This document shows, piece by piece, positions 61,005-64,000 of a DNA stretch of 64,000 nt. Location: the NCBI GenBank assembly GCA_964641015.1, contig CAZXJN010000004.1:2659-66658 (forward strand). The letters run 5' to 3'. Every line of letters begins with the position of its first letter. Position 1 is the stretch's first letter. The position numbers and the translations under genes were made by a program. Under the pieces are notes generated by a model. That model ran no database searches. It saw nothing but the letters and a program-made list of their open reading frames with translations, and had not been told where the DNA came from. The stretch comes from an uncultured Candidatus Saccharibacteria bacterium (GTDB lineage: Bacteria > Patescibacteriota > Saccharimonadia > Saccharimonadales > JACDBH01).

Positions 61005-63608
61005 CTATCGCAGGTTTATTATATGCTCATCGTCGGATTTTGGATTTGTTGGCCGAATAATATGTTCGCTATTTGTTTGGTTGCTGGCAGCACGAGTTTT
61101 TTTGCGCCGGGAGCGGGTGCGTTTACGTTTAGGCTTATCTGGAGCTGCTGTTTTGTCTTGTGCAGACTTTTCAGGCTGTTTGGCTTTGGCTGCCTTTAAG
61201 ATGCCTTTTAGGTGGTTAATTGCCTGCCCTGAGGTACTGGCAACACCTGGCTGGTCGTTTGTGGGTACGGAGCGAGGTCTTTGCTGGCCAGTCGCGACTT
61301 TATAGGCAGGGGACGACTGCATGCTGTCTTGGATTCTGGCTTCAACTTCTTGTTTTGGGATAGCATACTGCTGCCGTGAAAAAGTGGTTATTTCTTCAAG
61401 ATAGCTCGTCTGTCTGGCAGGATGGTTCAGGGTTGTGCCACTGAAAGGAGCCGATTTTTCACCATTTATAGTCATGGTAGTTACAAAGTTGCGATTGTGC
61501 AGCGTCATTAGATCTTCGGCCTCAAACTGAGGTGTGTAATATTTGGAAAGATAAGCGGCATCATCAGCACCCACCCGGAAGCTCACCATTGATCCCACGT
61601 TTCCAAACACAGCATCGCGTACCACCGGGTTCATTTGTGATACATATTGGTTGGCTACCGTGAGATTGAGTCCGTACTTTCGTGCTTCGGATAGGATAAC
61701 GGCGAATGAGTCAGTGGCAAAGTTCTGGAACTCGTCCACATAGAGATAGAATGGACGGCGTTGGTCCATCGGAACATTGGCTCGGCTCATGGCAGCGAGC
61801 TGGATTTTGGTAACCATCAGCGCGCCGAGGATTGCGGCATTGTCTTCGCCGACTAAGCCGCGGCTGAGGTTAACAATCAGAATCTTGCCGCTGTCCATAA
61901 TTTCACGGATATTGAAAGTACTTTTTGTCTGGCCGACAATATTCCTGATCATTGGGTTGGCAACGAATGCACCGACCTTGTTGAGTACCGGCGCGACAGC
62001 TTCAGCAGCAAATTTATCATTCCAGCTGGCGAATTCTGTGGTCCAAAAAGTCTTTACTACCGGATCGGTTACATGCTTGATTACATCATCACGAAACGGC
62101 TTCTCGGTGAGCATGCGCGTAATATCAAGCATCGTCGCATTTGGATAATCGAGCAGCGCTAGGATAGTGTAGCGCAAGATGTATTCGAGACGCGGCCCCC
62201 ATGATTCGAACATTCGTTTGAGTACTCCGACCAGCTCTGAGCTAATGTGGTTTTTAAAGGCAGGATCGGTGACCTCCAGAGGGTTAAAACCAATCGGGTA
62301 TTCGGTATCCGCAGGATTAAAATACACCACATCCCTGACCCGCCGTTCGGGAATAAATTCCAGCATATTTTGCGCATAGTCACCGTGCGGATCAATTACG
62401 CAAAAGCCCTGATCGTAGTAGATATCAGAAAGGGTGAGCAGCTCAAGCAAGCCACTCTTCCCTACCCCTGTTTGACCAATGATATAGATGTGGCGTCCTC
62501 GGTCGGCTCGATGCGTGCCGAATATGGTGTTGGTGCCTCTAAAGTTCGTGACACCAAACAGGCTAATTGCATGCTCTTTGCCGGCTTCCAGTACCGGTGT
62601 ATTGGCTGGCGGTTCGGCGGTTTTGGTGGTTGCCCAGACGATATTGGGTGTTTCGACAGAGGTGTGAGGCAGATGAAAAAGACTGGCGAGCTCTTCGATA
62701 TTGAGAATATAGCCGTTATCTACAAAAAAGCGGGTCTGGTAGGCTAGTAAGCGGTCAGGGCTGAAACTGCTGGCCGCGCCCTGGAAGCCGTTTAAGTTGG
62801 TAGTATTAAACTGTTTGAATGCTCCCTGGATAGCTTGCATGCGAAGCTTGGCAAGATGTTCATGCGGCCCAGCGTATACGATTCGTATTTTTACTTGATA
62901 GCCGAGCTTGGTGCCCTTTTCTTCGATGGCCCGAATGCGAGTCTTGTCCCGTTCGGATAGTTCGGGCGCAGTTTGCTGAGTGGGCTCCGGCGGCGCATTG
63001 AGTGCACCAAGCGCCTGTCCGAGGTAGCTTGCGGTATTGCCGCTAAACAACCCTCCTCCGCCCTCGATTTTCCTAATCATACGAGCGCCTTTTTTGTGCC
63101 AATCATCAGATACAGGCCGCGCCATAATCTGGATCCATGCCTCTTCATCCGGTTCGTCGAGCTTGGCAAGCGTAGCAGTAATAGCAGCAAGAGGGTCTAC
63201 CTCAAAGCTGGGAAAGGTTTTTATAGGAATGGTCTCATTATCGGTCAGCGTGAGCTCGCTAGACATTACAACATTCTGAGACAGGTTGCGTCTTGAATAA
63301 TCTTCGGTCTGAACATGAATCTGCACACTGGGGTATTGGGCGTATATTTGCCCTTCGACAAAAGCCTGCAGATGTTTCGGCGCCCATATGTAAAAATGGA
63401 TCCGCTGGTCTATAGCCGCAATCTCCAGGGATATGTGATCTTGTATGCCGCCGCTGGATTTAACCTCTTTCTTGGTGCGCAAAATACCATGTAGTGCTGC
63501 CAGCATCTGCTCGGCTGCCAGCTCTTTTTTGTCATTGGTCCGAGGCACTTCTAGCAGAAGCAGTACATCTTCGTCATGAATTTTTGGTTTTCTACGATTT
63601 AGAATCAT
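61005..63608 (-). CDS. Soluble FtsK-HerA-superfamily ATPase of the VirD4/TraD (T4SS coupling protein)-like type, with unassigned N-terminal domain and polybasic tail
   Basis: Walker A IIGQTGVGKSG at about aa 376-386, Walker B FYLYVDEFQNF and ARKYGLNLTVANQYVSQM. No N-terminal TM helices. SD GAGGTGGA upstream. Tail KPKRKRTRSRRKKTR. Confidence 0.75.
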   Translation of the reverse strand: MILNRRKPKIHDEDVLLLLEVPRTNDKKELAAEQMLAALHGILRTKKEVKSSGGIQDHISLEIAAIDQRIHFYIWAPKHLQAFVEGQIYAQYPSVQIHVQTEDYSRRNLSQNVVMSSELTLTDNETIPIKTFPSFEVDPLAAITATLAKLDEPDEEAWIQIMARPVSDDWHKKGARMIRKIEGGGGLFSGNTASYLGQALGALNAPPEPTQQTAPELSERDKTRIRAIEEKGTKLGYQVKIRIVYAGPHEHLAKLRMQAIQGAFKQFNTTNLNGFQGAASSFSPDRLLAYQTRFFVDNGYILNIEELASLFHLPHTSVETPNIVWATTKTAEPPANTPVLEAGKEHAISLFGVTNFRGTNTIFGTHRADRGRHIYIIGQTGVGKSGLLELLTLSDIYYDQGFCVIDPHGDYAQNMLEFIPERRVRDVVYFNPADTEYPIGFNPLEVTDPAFKNHISSELVGVLKRMFESWGPRLEYILRYTILALLDYPNATMLDITRMLTEKPFRDDVIKHVTDPVVKTFWTTEFASWNDKFAAEAVAPVLNKVGAFVANPMIRNIVGQTKSTFNIREIMDSGKILIVNLSRGLVGEDNAAILGALMVTKIQLAAMSRANVPMDQRRPFYLYVDEFQNFATDSFAVILSEARKYGLNLTVANQYVSQMNPVVRDAVFGNVGSMVSFRVGADDAAYLSKYYTPQFEAEDLMTLHNRNFVTTMTINGEKSAPFSGTTLNHPARQTSYLEEITTFSRQQYAIPKQEVEARIQDSMQSSPAYKVATGQQRPRSVPTNDQPGVASTSGQAINHLKGILKAAKAKQPEKSAQDKTAAPDKPKRKRTRSRRKKTRAASNQTNSEHIIRPTNPKSDDEHIINLR

Positions 63609-63686
63609 TTATCCACCTCTCGGGGCGCGTAACTACAGCAAGTTATAAGCATTACTGTCTTTATTATACATCCTTAGGGCCAGAAA

Positions 63687-63730
63687 CTAGGAATTAGAAG
63701 CTAGGAAGCAGCCACTGTCAAGCAGCCACT
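63687..63730. repeat. Degenerate 14-bp periodic repeats upstream of the ATPase gene
   Basis: Units ctaggaattagaag / ctaggaagcagcca / ctgtcaagcagcca. The 11-mer aagcagccact occurs at 63706-63716 and 63720-63730. Confidence 0.6.
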
Positions 63731-63860
63731 TTTTTAGCCAATAGTAATCTACTTCTTAGGCAAGGCTTCCATTTCGGAAGCGTATGTAATATACGGTGAA
63801 GAAATGTCCTTGGCCAAAAGCAGATTACCGCTCAGAAAATGGGTTTGCGCTTGCCCTGGA

Positions 63861-64000
63861 TTACTTGTCTTCGGCAAGGGCGTAAGTGGCTTTGGCTACA
63901 CGTTTGAACTGCGGCTTGCCCTGAAGGTTCAGCAGAATAGTAGTCTCTTTAACCTGACGCTTCTTTAGGACGCGCTTGACGATTTCGTCGCGGTGAAGCG
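63861..64000 (-). CDS. 3' end of an unidentified gene (partial, window edge)
   Basis: The minus-strand frame reads ...LHRDEIVKRVLKKRQVKETTILLNLQGKPQFKRVAKATYALAEDK* with TAA at 63861-63863. It is too short for the ORF track and I do not recognise the family. Confidence 0.3.
   Translation of the reverse strand, partial: LHRDEIVKRVLKKRQVKETTILLNLQGKPQFKRVAKATYALAEDK

Noticed and set aside
63703-63714. 12-nt match (AGGAAGCAGCCA) to the conserved SRP/4.5S RNA helix-8 sequence
   Set aside because: There is no CC-tetraloop-GG closure 5' of it and no complementary 3' strand to build the long SRP hairpin. The match is part of a local tandem repeat, so it is more likely a repeated protein-binding motif.
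1-64000. Stop-codon reassignment (UGA as sense), as seen in some CPR lineages
   Set aside because: Both RF1 (PAT) and RF2 (SPF) are present. TGA terminates well-defined genes, for example xseB at 41146-41148 and the receiver-like gene at 43624-43626. Conserved proteins need no read-through.
1-64000. tRNA, rRNA, tmRNA, RNase P RNA, transposase, integrase or prophage genes
   Set aside because: I scanned by eye for GTTCGAATC-type T-arms, rRNA-like conserved blocks and DDE or tyrosine-recombinase-like ORFs and found none. A covariance-model scan could still reveal small RNAs in the spacers listed in the findings.

Overview
The window is a gene-dense, mostly plus-strand, housekeeping-rich bacterial segment of about 67 CDS. 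By eye I found no rRNA, tRNA, CRISPR array, transposase or integrase. Gene content and synteny fit a reduced-genome Patescibacteria/CPR organism, probably Saccharibacteria-like. The supporting features are an rpsB-tsf-frr-uppS-rseP block lacking pyrH, cdsA and dxr, a stripped-down dcw cluster of mraZ-rsmH-ftsL-ftsI-ftsW-murG-ftsQ, an LCP protein and an FtsEX-CHAP hydrolase module. This taxonomic call is inference and was not checked by any search. RF1 and RF2 are both present and TGA is used as a stop, so the standard genetic code applies.

Recognisable genes include parB (partial), lepB, htrA, prmC, prfA, rpmE, rpsB, tsf, frr, uppS, rseP, proS, greA, lysS, msrA, rsmE, serS, hpf, secA, prfB, ftsE, ftsX, ctpA, pyrG, rpmA, xseA, xseB, recO, glyQS and tspO, plus a GH1 glycosidase and the dcw genes.

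The observations most worth a second look are:
1. A roughly 450-bp GC3-saturated ORF island (47.3-47.8 kb) behind a consensus promoter. A NYN nuclease, a Pif1-like helicase with an HTH-like tail and an unknown gene follow it directly (47.9-50.8 kb).
2. A histidine-kinase-like / receiver-like pair in which both phospho-acceptor positions align to Glu. It is translationally coupled to recO (42.5-43.6 kb).
3. A three-hairpin insertion flanked by a 30-bp duplication of the msrA 3' end (18.76-18.98 kb).
4. A soluble VirD4/TraD/HerA-like ATPase with an unassigned N-terminal domain of about 330 aa and a polybasic tail. It converges on ftsQ across a 540-bp AT-rich gap where ftsA and ftsZ would normally sit.
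5. Four phased GTGGGTA boxes over the mraZ promoter, and a 570-bp A/C-rich spacer between mraZ and rsmH.
6. A perfect 16-bp inverted repeat in the glyQS 5' region.

All functional calls come from motif recognition by eye; no database search was run.
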